A stretch of 64,000 bases of DNA from NCBI RefSeq assembly GCF_009914755.1, contig NC_060928.1. One strand, 5' to 3'. The position numbers were made by a program, and so were the translations under genes. Every line of letters begins with the position of its first letter. The first letter of the stretch is position 1. This document shows positions 44,911 through 58,049 of the stretch, piece after piece. This DNA comes from the human T2T-CHM13v2.0 reference genome, Homo sapiens. The notes under the pieces are model-generated. The model was not told where the DNA came from, searched no databases, and worked only from the letters and a program-made list of their open reading frames with translations.

Positions 44911-46302
44911 TAAGGTTGACTACAACTCTTTAACTTTTCAGATGGCATTAACAGCAAATTCATTTCAACAACATACTTATTGTTAACCTTTTTTTCTAAG
45001 CTCCTCATTTCATGTTCTGTTCACTTCTTGTTTTCATGTCTTGTGTTTCAATAGTAGTTTCTTCAAAATAATATGATGAATTAAAATGAGAGTAGTAAGG
45101 CTAGAAAGTCTCCTGAGATGAAATAATTTTATATCCATAGCAGAAAGGTTTTCCTGTATTTTAGAGATATTTTACTAAGGTACTCATAGATAGTATTAGC
45201 CATATATACTATAAAAACATTTGCTGTAGGTAGAAAGACATCTTCTACCAAACTGCAATGTACACATATTGTTAGTGAAACATTTACACTGAATATCAGG
45301 TTCATCAAGGATCAAACTACAAAGGAACCAAAATCATTTCATTCACATAGCCAAGCCTATGACTGAGACATTTTCCACCATACAAAACTTTTTTACCCAA
45401 TTCATGGAACTTATGATTCCTTCACCTGGCTATAGAAAAGAATGAAACTGTTAACTGTTTAAATCACTTCCCTCACAGCAACTTTCTTCCACTTGCTCAT
45501 TGGTTCAACTCACTGACTTGACTCTCCTTCTGTAGAGTGAATACCTGACTTGACTTTTTCTACCTTTGTTTATTTTTATATCACCTGTGCATACAATATA
45601 CCAGGTACCACACTTTACATCTTTTCTCACCAACTTATACAACGGCTATAGGACTTACCACTGAACTAGTAGAGTCTTGTAACCAGAAACACAAAGTCAC
45701 TTATTTAGCAGTTACTGTGGCATCACATATTTCAAATGACTGACTTAAAAACTGAAACTCATATAACCCTCAGATTTTATTTGTCATTCATTTCAATATT
45801 CACCAACTGAATATTTTCAAGAAGTGCTAGCGAAAAGCCAAACTGAGTGACTAGCATTTCCACCTCTCTCCCATAAATCTGCTTTCACTAAAGCAACACC
45901 AAAAAGCAAAGACATGCCACAAAGTAAAAACAAAGATAATGGACATAAAATAGAACTAAGGGTTAGGAGAACTAAGAAGGTCAATGACCGCAGGCCATTC
46001 ATTTTATAACTCTGTGTATTAGCATTCCCGGGTCTAAAGAGGCACTCACCAAATCTTCCCTAATTATTTCTCAGGCCTTATAAAGAAATAAAATCACAAT
46101 TGGAAATAATGTCAAAAAGTTTGAGTACTATTCAAATGATGCTCCTGCTATTACTGAGTTTCTAAAGAATCAAAAATTAATAGTGTAATAGATGAAACTA
46201 TTTTCATAAGCACTATATAACATTATCTTCATTAAACAAGTTTTCCTATCATTTTATTTCTTGATGATGAAAAAACACTTCAAAGTATAAAAGATAATCT
46301 AA

Positions 46303-46614
<312 letters not shown>

Positions 46615-46854
46615 TATTGCTCTTTTTATATGGCCCTCTCTCATAAACTTCATTCCCATTTGTTATGTCCACAGCCGTATAGAGAAGTAATATGATTACA
46701 GGGCCATAGGAACCAGATCTAGTTCTATGTTAAACACTTTCTGGGTGATGTGAGGTGGGTCATTTCACTCCTTTGGGCCGGGGTTTCTCATCTTTAAAGT
46801 TAGGCAACTAGAGTCCAGCAGGTGTCTAGACTCTTGGGACATCAGCACTCCTTC

Positions 46855-47166
<312 letters not shown>

Positions 47167-49900
47167 TAATGTCGAAACACTTGCATTGCCACATGACAGC
47201 AGTGGTGTTTCTAATATTATTGGTTGAGCTGTTATGAATTCAGTAAAACTTTTAAACAAATTTGACTTTAATCAAAATGATATTAATTCACTATGGTATC
47301 AATTACATGATAATTCACATATTTTTACATATTTTAATCAGCGTGCATGAATTCAAGACCTCTAGGAGTAATTCAATGATAAGAGTCCTGCACTCACAAT
47401 TTAGGCACTTTATAACTACAGCAGGTTTAAGTCATCAAAGAAATGTGACTTTTTACATATTATTTAAATAAAAGGAGCTAAACGTGAATTTTCTATAGCT
47501 CCTCTGACTCCCTGAAAAGTTCATGCCTATTCATTTAGAGTTAATAGCTATCTCATCTTCATCTATGCAGCGCATCCTATCAAAATATATATATATTAGG
47601 AATATAGATATATTAGTGCTTCTCTACTAGAAGCACTGTACAATATAAATGAAAAAGACTTAAGGTCAGTTATTTCATAATTTCCAAATGATTTCAAATA
47701 AACACAGGGTAAAAATTAATTTAAATAAGTAATGGATATAAAGTAAAAGAGTTTGCATAGGACAGCTTTAACAAAAAGTTGGCCCCTGGAGAAGTTTTGA
47801 AGAGAAAGGTGAGGTAGACTAGTGGAGAGCTTGAGGGGTGAGAGTTGTATGTGCAGAGACAGAGACTGAAATGATAAAGCAATGTGCTTAATGACTAATG
47901 GTGATATTCGGCAAACCAGAATCAGGAATGAAAGAACCATTTAATGCAGCTTCTGAAATGATTTCAAAAGAAATCTTTTGAATACTTTCCTATGTTCCTG
48001 TAATAACAGTTGCCTTCCATTTATTAAAGGAGCCTTGGTCCTCAGTGTCTTTTCTCCTGAGTAAGCATTTTTACTTTAGTTAGTTTTAAAATGCCTAGGC
48101 ATGAACACCACAAATGAAAGATCAAAGAGTAACTAGATGCTGTCTAATTTAAAAAACTGTACTCAGCAAGTGCAAATCCTTTTTTAATTGCTAAACTGAA
48201 CATCTGGGTTTTTTCTCTACTTCTTTTCAGCCTGTGAGTTAAGTGAGTTAAATATCCTCAAACAAAGGGAAAAGTCAAGTTATCAGGTATAAGTATGGCT
48301 CCAAATTAAATACCAATAACGTTGAAATTATCAGAAATTAATTTGCCTTTCTATTGATGCTTTGATATCATTGTAAAAGCAGAGCTATGAAAAAGATATA
48401 GTTACTTAACATGTTTTAATACAAAGACAAAATCCACTTTATTTTTTAAATACAGAAACATAGACTCTGCTCAAGCATGTAGCTTTTAAACTGTGAAATT
48501 ACATAAATGGCAGTTTCTTCATGAGTAAACTGTCATACATGTAACTAATTATAATGAGCCTCTTTAAAAGGTGATTACTTGACATCTGACTTTTAAAATA
48601 CATACACAAACTAATTTTGCTCATGACTCAACCATTGGTAAGCCAAAGGGTAGGCTAAATATGTACAAATGAGAACAGGTTTCCATTCTGCTTTTAAGCT
48701 AAACAAGAAAAATGTTGTTTTTAAGGAAAACATTATTTCCATGTTAAAATATGAGAAGGATTCTCACCTGAGTTCTGTAATAGAATAAAAGAACAGACAT
48801 TTTGTTTAAAATTCTCTTGTTGAAAAAACTTTTTTTTAAATAATAGGGGTAGTTGATGTGTTTTAGCTTTGAACTGAGGGCATAAAATAAAATCTGTGCA
48901 CATGGAATCCTAAGAAACACAGAAGATGAAGAGTAATTTAAAAGCTTTGTTCTGAATGTTGGTTACAAGAGATTAGTTCAGTTGTTTCAACTTACTTTTT
49001 TTCTCCTTAACTCTTTCTAAAATAAAACATTAAATGGGCATGAAAAATCTCGTGATGATTTTCATTTGATCTAGTTCAGAGTGTACAAATGGAAAGGAAG
49101 GTCATAAAAATACTTCTTGAATCACAATTTACAAATTTGCAAAATAATATTCTACTACATTCTAAGGTAGTAGAATTTTTACATTGTTCTCTTTTATTCC
49201 TATAGTAATTTTTTTATTTATCCACTTCAAAAATAATTTTTCCAAATAGAAGGCATATATACAAATTACTTAACAAGTATGTAAATCAAATAGTTCAAAT
49301 TGTTCAGTGTTATCTATTGACAATAAGAGAGTGGGAGGTCCAAGCACTAATGCCCAAGCAGCTTCCTTATTCCAAGAACCAGCTGACAGCCTAGTTAGAC
49401 TAGTTATTAAAATGACAACACTTTCATAATCAAGATACAACAAATTTGAAAGGCTGATGGGAAAACATTTTACTGTGTTCATATTTCTCTAAATGCAATA
49501 TATGCCTTCATGTTAATACAAAGTAAAAACCAAAGGAAAAAGTATAATATGACCATTCCACTTAATCTTCTAAAGTGTCTCAAAAAGTTTTTTAAACCAG
49601 TTTTACTCCTAAGTTTAGGAAAATGGAAAAAAAAAAAAAAAGAAGCAGAAAAATCAACCCAAATGATCTAAAACATTTTACTATCTTACATGGCAAACTT
49701 CTAAATTTATAATCACCAAATGAGTAAAACAGATTCCGAAAACTACCCAAGACATTTTAAAAAAGTAAAACACACACAAACAAAACACAATAAAAACGTT
49801 TGCCTGTCCAAGAAACTACAATACCGATAGCATATAAGAGCCCAGTTAGAATAATACACAGGAAATATATATAAAATTCTGCCTTTTGCAAACTTGTACA

Positions 49901-50255
<355 letters not shown>

Positions 50256-51944
50256 TTACAGAGATCAATAAAGTATATATGGTGCTTTATAATTTACAGT
50301 GTTTTCATAATAAATCATTTAATTCTTACAATAACTGAGAGATGCACAGGAGAAGGGTTATTATTCTAGCTGTAGTAATAAAATGATGTTCAAAAAATTA
50401 AAACATACTCTAGTAATTTAAAGCACAGCAATTTTGTAAGAAACAGTAAGGTGGCTCAGAAATTTTTACATTTAATGTGAACAATTTGGAAGAAAGGAAA
50501 AACAAAAAGACTAGATTAGCCAGATAAAAGACAAATGGCATTAAAGTATATTTATGTAAATATATTATCACTGTCATCTTTGCAAATGGCAACAAAAAAT
50601 AAGAATTTCCATAACTTTCTACAAAAGAAAGTACCTAATACTGTGAACATCAGATAAAATAAAAATATCCTGTTGTTTATCCTCTTTGTTGGAGCATCAG
50701 AGAGACTTAAAAAGGTTCCACCATCTTTATATGACTATTCAGCAACGAAATATAGACGGGAAATCTTTACAAAGAAGTATGTAATCTACAACCCATACTG
50801 AATTTGAAATCTAAAACCTTCACTTTCAAATAGAAATAGCCACCTGACTCACTAGTAGAATTAAAAAAAAAAAAAACAACACCCAGTAACATCACCACAA
50901 TTATATAAAAGTGTATTTTATGTTACTGCCATCTTAAAATCAGATCTTCCAAGACATCCAACTTACTCCAATCCAATTTTTAGATGCTATTCTTCAATGC
51001 TGGTATATTTTGAATACAGTTTTACTCTATCTAGTGTTAGACACTGAGTGTACAAAGAAACATATTAAACCCTATAGCCTTCAACTAGTTAACCCCAGAA
51101 ATCAAAACTGTGTATATCATACCTCAATATTTAAAATATACTAATGTAGAAAGGCAACTTACTACAAAAGTTAATCAGCTGGATTTTGTCAAAGTTTGTT
51201 TCTGTTTTGTTGTATTGCATTGTTTTAAATTGAGTGAAACAAAGGAAGAAGCGGATAATGCAATGGCACGTATTCCACATTAATATCTTTCTAAATTATT
51301 ACTCATAAAAGTTCAATCAAGTTTGCAGATTCCCTGCAAGTCTAGGACATTGACAGCACTCCATATCACTGCAATGCAATGTACAGGGCATTTCATATTT
51401 GAAAACATAACAAACACTATGGCCTTTCATTCATATTAAAACTAATATGATAAAACTAGTTAAGTGAAAAATAATTATGAAAAACAGATGAAGGGCTAAA
51501 GAAAAAATGTATACTACAAAGCTAAAAGTTTAAAAAGGCAAAAATATCCCTCTGGTTCCTCGTGATTCATTAAATCACATTATCATACACTAAGAAGTCA
51601 AAACGTAAATGAGAGTTTAGAACTGGCAATGTCCAGTTCATCAGAATATCCAATATGCGCATTATGAAGAATTCCATCTTTCCCTTCAGGTAAATAAATA
51701 CGCATCATGATGTATACTCCAACATCTCTATTTATGTCATAGAATATCAAAAGTAAGCAGTCTACAACATAATAATAGTATTTGGGGGTAAAATGATCTA
51801 GCACTTTCCTGTGTACAATAAAGAAATCAAAATTATAAACTTTATCACTGATATACTTTCTTTCTTTTCATTTCATCCAATTAGAATGTTCAATTTAATA
51901 ATCATATATACCCTTGTAAAGACAAATCTAAAAAATCTTAACTG

Positions 51945-52403
51945 TTAACAAATGCCAAAAGATAGAAGCAACCTGCATGTCCATCAACAGACGAATGGAT
52001 AAACTGTTGTATATACATAAAATGAACTATTATTCATTCTTAAAAAGAAATAAAATTCTGACACACACTACAATATGAAAAAACCTTGAAGATATGCAAA
52101 GTAAAACAAGTCAGACAGAAAAAGACAAGTAGTGTATGCTTCCACCTACATGAGGTACCCAGAGTAGTCAAATTCACAGAGACAGAGTGCAAGGGTAGTT
52201 GCCAGGGACTCGGGGGAGAGAACAGGGAGATACCACTTAATGAATATAGAGTTCTAGTGAAGGAAGACAAAAAACTTCTGGAGATAGATATTGGTGAAAG
52301 TTGTACGACGATGTGAATATACTTAATGCCACTAAATTGTACACTTAAAAACAGTTAAAATGGTGGATTTTATGTTACAAATATTTTTCCATAATATAAA
52401 AAA
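51945..52403 (+). mobile_element. L1MB-type 3' end
   Basis: ATGTCCATCAACAGACGAATGGATAAA...ACTTAATGCCACTAAATTGTACACTTAAAAACAGTTAAAATGGT. Confidence 0.9.
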
Positions 52404-54521
52404 TCTTTATTAACTGCATCTATCCTTCACTGTCCTTTATATTTTTGTTAAGGCATAATAGCATTTTTATAATGCTTTAGTAATCATTTCATATCATCTG
52501 GTTGTGAATCTTTATCTTTAAATATAGCATTTATTTATCATAATAAAATTGGAACTAGATCCAAAACAAAACATCAAGCTCTCTAGTAAATGAGAATATG
52601 CATTGGGAAAGAGTGAAGAGCTCTCATCTGGGTCAATGAATTTAGGCAAGGTCTAGAATCACTCATTTTTAATTTTTAATTTGTTCTCTCCATCTGGAAA
52701 GCCATAGTCACATGGTAAACATGCGCCTAAGACAATGTGCCTTTCAGGTTCCCTCATTATTTCTCACAACCTCAAAATAGGCTTTTTCAAATCACAATAA
52801 GTTAACCAAATTGCGTATGGTCATCTTGCTAATGTTAGAAATCAAAGTTTCCAATTCTCTATAAAAGAAGTGATAAATCACAGCTTTTATACAGCACAAC
52901 CCCATAAGAATGAGTGAAGAATCTAAATATGTTCTTTGAAAAAAAAAAAAAAACTACTGTGAGAAAAAACTAAGTTAGATGAAATAATAAACTCCTATCT
53001 ATAAAATCACTATACTTAGTTCTCTGATGGTTCTGCCTAAAGAAGACCTAAATATTATACAAGATGGTCTGTAAATGTTCCCTTCCAATCCATCCTCCAC
53101 AAATAATGGTTTCATGCAGCTGTTTAAATATACCCATATGAAAACCCACAAGGGAGAAAGAATGTGTGGGAAAGTTAAGCAGTCTCATGTTTCCAGTAGA
53201 CTTACCAACCTGATTTTTTTTAAATGAAAATAGGATATTGCACAATGAGTGAATGCAAAAAAATATTTTTAATGTGTTATTATCCTCTTTAGTGGACTCT
53301 GGCAAAACATAATTCTGGCAAAACATAACTTTTTATGGTTCCTGTATCTCCTTCTTAAGAATCCTGTCTATATATGTATATATCTCCATATACTAAATAT
53401 ATCACTAAAAATATAATGAAATAATATTAGTATATATTCACCATTCAAATATCAAGGGAAATTTTCCCAATATGAACTTTCCCATGTCACTGAAAATTTT
53501 GGGGGAAGAGTCAACTGAAAGGCTTTAAAAGGCTATTAATCCAGCCTAGTTTTAAAAATTAATCGAAGCATTTTATGAATGATGTAATATGGGGAACAAT
53601 ATTTACTAACTCACTTGGAAATATACATCAAATTTTAAATATATACAAAAATAAATAACACATCCCAAAAATGGGTTTTTGATTTGTAAAAATAAATATT
53701 AACTGTGAATTCAAAGATTCCTTCAAAAAATGCAACTTTCTTTGTTCTTTTCCATTCCTTACTGTTCATAGCACTTAGAACCACAGTGTAAATGGAAATA
53801 CTTCATAGATGTGTTAATCTTGTTTTGTCAGGCAGATCAAGAAAATACAATGCTGCAAAAGAACTGAAATTCAACATTCAAAATTTCACTGGAAAGAAAG
53901 GCAGGGTGTTGCATTATTAGGCTTTCAATGAATCCTAAATGTACTCTTCAATTTAAAAGATTAAAATGGAAACTTCTCACTGACCATCAAACTAACCCCA
54001 GGTTTTAGTGAAAGAGAATTTCAATCTACTTCTCCTCAGTCCTCTGCCCACTATCAATCCCCAGCACAGCTTCCTACCCCAAAAGCAAAAGCCTAGCAAA
54101 TTTTATGCCAGTGTCATAGGCTGTGGGTATCTGCCACAGCCCAGCAAGTAATATGCAAAAACAGGCACTTGCCAACAAAAAAGGAACAGGAAGGGGTGGA
54201 TCCAATATAAGACTTATAAAACTTTCCACTCAATTAAAAGAAAAATAGCCATCTACATCAATAGTCTAAAAAAAGTCTATGATACAAATAAAGCTCCCAA
54301 GCCAAATTCTTTCTAGTAATAATTGACATGAGTAAAGAGATCATTCAATAATAGGTTGATGTTTCTTTGACATGAAATAGATGTTTCTTTCAACTCCAGG
54401 CATAGCTAATTTAAAATCATGGTTAAATAAAAACTTTCCTACATGATATAATACTTCTCATTTACAAAGTGAAAATGGTCATAATTTACTTTCTTATTCT
54501 GAAACTCAACTTCCATGTCCT

Positions 54522-54700
54522 GTTTTTTTCAACTTTTATTTTAGATTCAGGGGGTACATGTTCAAGTTTGTTACAAAGATATACTGTGTGATGCTGAGGT
54601 TTGGGGTATAATTGAACCCATCACCCAGGTACTAAGCATAGTACCCAATAAGCAGTTTTTTAGCCCTTGACCCCTTCCATCCTCTTCACTCCATTTCTTT
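54522..54700 (-). mobile_element. Old primate L1PA (L1PA15/16-like) 3' terminal fragment
   Basis: TTTTCAACTTTTATTTTAGATTCAGGGGGTACATGT...CCCATCACCCAGGTACTAAGCATAGTACCCAATA. Confidence 0.85.
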
Positions 54701-54865
54701 TTCACACTTCAAAATATCTAAACTATTCCAAGTGTCTTGGCTATTAATTATATGCACATGTGTTATAATGCAAATTAATCTGTTTAGTAATAATTGAATC
54801 CTATACTATAGAGTACTATCTCATAAAATGTTTCCTTTGTATTTCTTGAATGTGTGTATGTACAG

Positions 54866-55258
54866 CATTTCCTCCATTCCTAGGTATATACCCAAGAAAA
54901 ATAAAAACTTACGTCTACACAAAAAACTTGGATATAAATGTTCATAGCAGCATTACTCAGAATGGACAAAAGGTAGAAACAATCCAAAAGTCCTTCAGCT
55001 GATGAACTGATAAACAAAATGTGGTATACCCATATAATGAAATATTATTTAACAATAAAACATGCTATACTATGGATGCACCTTGAAAGTATTATGCTAA
55101 ATGAAAGAAGCCAATCAGAAAAAAAAATTGTATGATTCCACTGACATGAAATGTTCAGAATAAAACCTATAGAGACAGAAAATAGATGAGTGGTTGCCTG
55201 GGTTTGAGGGAGAGGAGGAGAGGTAAGAATGATGAATCATTGCTAATAGGTAAGGTGT
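54866..55258 (+). mobile_element. L1MB-type 3' fragment
   Basis: CCTAGGTATATACCCAAGAAAAATAAAAAC...AATGTTCATAGCAGCATTA...ATAGAGACAGAAAATAGATGAGTGGTTGCC. Confidence 0.87.
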
Positions 55259-55319
55259 AATAAATCTCACATTTAAGTCAAGACCTGGACTCTTGATTTC
55301 CCATTCCAATCTTAGTATA

Positions 55320-56920
55320 CTCTACTTTTCCCCTTCTCAGTTACAGTGCCACCATTAGATAGTTGGTTTGACTAGTAGTCATCTACTATGAGATGACTAC
55401 TAGATCTAATGTAGATCAATAGTCATGCTTCCTCACTTTCCCTCACACCTCACAACCTTTCCATCAGCAAGTCCTAAATTTCCTCCTCCAAAATCCATCC
55501 TTCTCACTATTTCTAATGTCACCTTCACATCTCCCCTAGACTGCAAGAGTCTCCTAACTATAGTAGTCTCCTCTTAATTCAGTTTTGCTTTCTGAGGTTT
55601 CAGCTACCTGCAGTCAACCACCATCCAAAACTGTTAAGTGGAAAAATTCTGAAATAAACAATTAATAAATTTTAAATTGGGTGCCATTCTGAGAAGCATG
55701 ATAAAATCTTGTAACACCTAACTCTGTCCAGCCCAGGATGTGAATCATCCCTTTGTCCAGTGGATCCACATTGTTTATGCTACCTGCCTGTCAGCCATCT
55801 TAGTTATCACAGACTGCTGCAGTACCACAGTGCTGTATTCAAGCAACCATTATTTTACTTAGTAATGGCCCCAAAGTGCAAGAGTAGTGATACTGGCAAT
55901 TGGAATATGCCAAGGAGAAGCCGTTCAGCAAAGGAAACTGTGCTTCCTTTAAGTGCAAAGGTGAAAGTTCTCCCCTTAATAAGGAAATAAAAAATGTATA
56001 TGCTAAGATCTATGGTAAGAATAAATCTTCTATCCATGAAATTGTGAAGAAGGAGAAAGAAATTCATGCAGTTTTGCTGTCGCACTTCAAACTGCAAAAG
56101 TTACATGCACAGAATAACTTTTATTATAGTATATTATTATAATTGTTCTATTTTATTAGTACTTGCTCATCTCTTACTGTGACTAATTTATAAATTAAAC
56201 TTTATCATATTTATGTATGTATAGGAAAAATACAGTATATATAGTTTTGTGCAATCTGTAGTTTCAGACACCAACTGGGGGTCTTGGAACGTATCCCCCA
56301 GAGACAAGGGGAGACTACTATAGTCTTGCTTTCACTCACACTTCCTTACAATGTATTCTCCACATGGCAGCCAGAGAGATATTTTTTAAAACAAAATCCT
56401 ATCACATTACTTCCCTGCTTCACATCCTTAAACGGCTTATCAATGCATTTAAAATAAGATCCAAATTCCTTAACTTGGCTAAAAGACTCTACACAATCCA
56501 TCCCCTGCCTACCTCCCAACATCATCATGTACTTCTCTCCTTGCTAATTACACTCCAGCCACATTGACTTTCTTTCTACTCCTGTGCAAGCTCACTGTCA
56601 CCTTGGTCCTTTGGCCTGGAATGTTCTTTCTTCGTATTTTCTCACGGTTTGCTTCTTTTCATCGTTAATGCCTCAGCTCAAATGCTTCTTCCTCAGCTCT
56701 ATCTAAAGTAACTCCAATGAGGTCATTATCTAATTTATAGCCCTGCTATATTTTCTTCATAGCACTGCATGGTACTTATCTATCCAAATGCCTTTTCCCA
56801 TGTCTCTCATCTTAACTCTCTTCACCAACCTACCCCCTGAATCAAGAACTGTGCCTACACACAGCAGTTGCTCAATAAATATTTGTTAAATAGATGAGTA
56901 AATGAATGAACAAATAATGA
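55320..56920 (+). mobile_element. L2 LINE 3' portion split by MER44/Tigger7
   Basis: CCATCAGCAAGTCC...GTCTCCTAACT, CACATGGCAGCCAGAG, terminal GCTCAATAAATATTTGTTAAATAGATGAGTAAATGAATGAA. Confidence 0.85.
55561..56320 (+). mobile_element. MER44/Tigger7 deletion derivative with transposase N-terminal remnant
   Basis: TIRs TAGTAGTCTC...GAGACTACTA with TA flanks; frameshifted MAPKCKSSDTGN...VLPLSAKVKVL / YAKIYGKNKSSIHEIVKKEKEI resembles the CENP-B-type HTH of Tigger transposase. Confidence 0.92.
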
Positions 56921-58049
56921 TGACTGATATAATGAGGGCAATATAAGACATGAGAGACCTTGGGAACCAGAGAAACAAAGTCCAAGAGTTACAAAAGTTT
57001 CAGCATAAAAAATATCAAACTTTTCCTTATTAGATAAAAGCTAATAACTGGGGAAGGTACAAAGAAGATGTCTTCCAGAACTTTGAAGTCTGAACTCAAG
57101 AAACTGTTTTCTTTGTGAAAAATAGGGTGGTAGAGAAGGGAAAAATCATGAATAATTAGATTTTAAACATCAATAATAATAGCAATGGGAGAAGAAATGG
57201 GCAAAAGAATAATAAAGTGGAAAAAACATGGTATGTAAAAAGAAAAAACAACATCAAACACATTCTAATCACACCTACCTCAATAACAATTCTTGAGTTC
57301 ATTTTTTTTTTTTCCTCAAGGAGCAAAGTAAACCTTTGTAGTAAACTTAGAAAAGCAAATTTTAAAAAGAGACAGACTTTTTAAAAAAGGTATTAGGAAT
57401 ACCAATGCTTTTGGGAAAACTTACCAAACCAAAAGCCCCAATCGTCACAGTCACTAAACCAGAGACATATAGATAGGAATGTAAGCAAGGCACAAGAAAT
57501 AGAATATTCATGATGATGAGCCATATTCAACTTTGGTAATATGACATCCAGGATGAACCAATTTATGTTTTCATAGCATGTACTACCTATTTCTGATCTA
57601 TGATAATTTTTATCTATAAATAGTACTTTCCTACTGATAAAAACTATGTACAACCCTGAGCCATCAAAAGCTGCCTGTAGAGTCCTTAGTTTATGCAGAA
57701 AAATGGAATGAAATTGAATCGTAATAAGGGAAACTTAGATTGTAAATTACAGATTTCCCAGGTTTCACTTTCAAGTAGAAAAAGAAATATGTTACTGAAC
57801 ATTCCAAAATGACATCATTCTGGCCGTTATTCCTAGAGAATAAAATTTTCTTTTCAATTTTTTGTTTTCTAACTGCCTCCCTCACCTCATCTCTCTGCTA
57901 GATGCAACTTGGAAGGAACATAACAGAATGACAATATCAAGGATTTTGCTATTAGCTAGTTTGGGTTTAAATTCTAGTTGCTCTATTATTACTAGCCATG
58001 TGAATTAAGAAAAATTAATGTAAACAAAAGATACCTCTTCTCCTTAAAT

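Noticed and set aside
51340-51390. ACATTG...CAATGT hairpin as a possible miRNA
   Set aside because: Stem too short and irregular; no match to mature miRNAs I know
53298-53330. Short tandem duplications (TCTGGCAAAACATAA x2; similar ones near 1000-1043, 17867-17910, 59389-59428)
   Set aside because: Ordinary slippage events with no functional indication
55760-56142. Transposase-like ORFs as a possible domesticated TIGD gene
   Set aside because: Frameshifted N-terminal remnant within a MER44 MITE; no DDE domain
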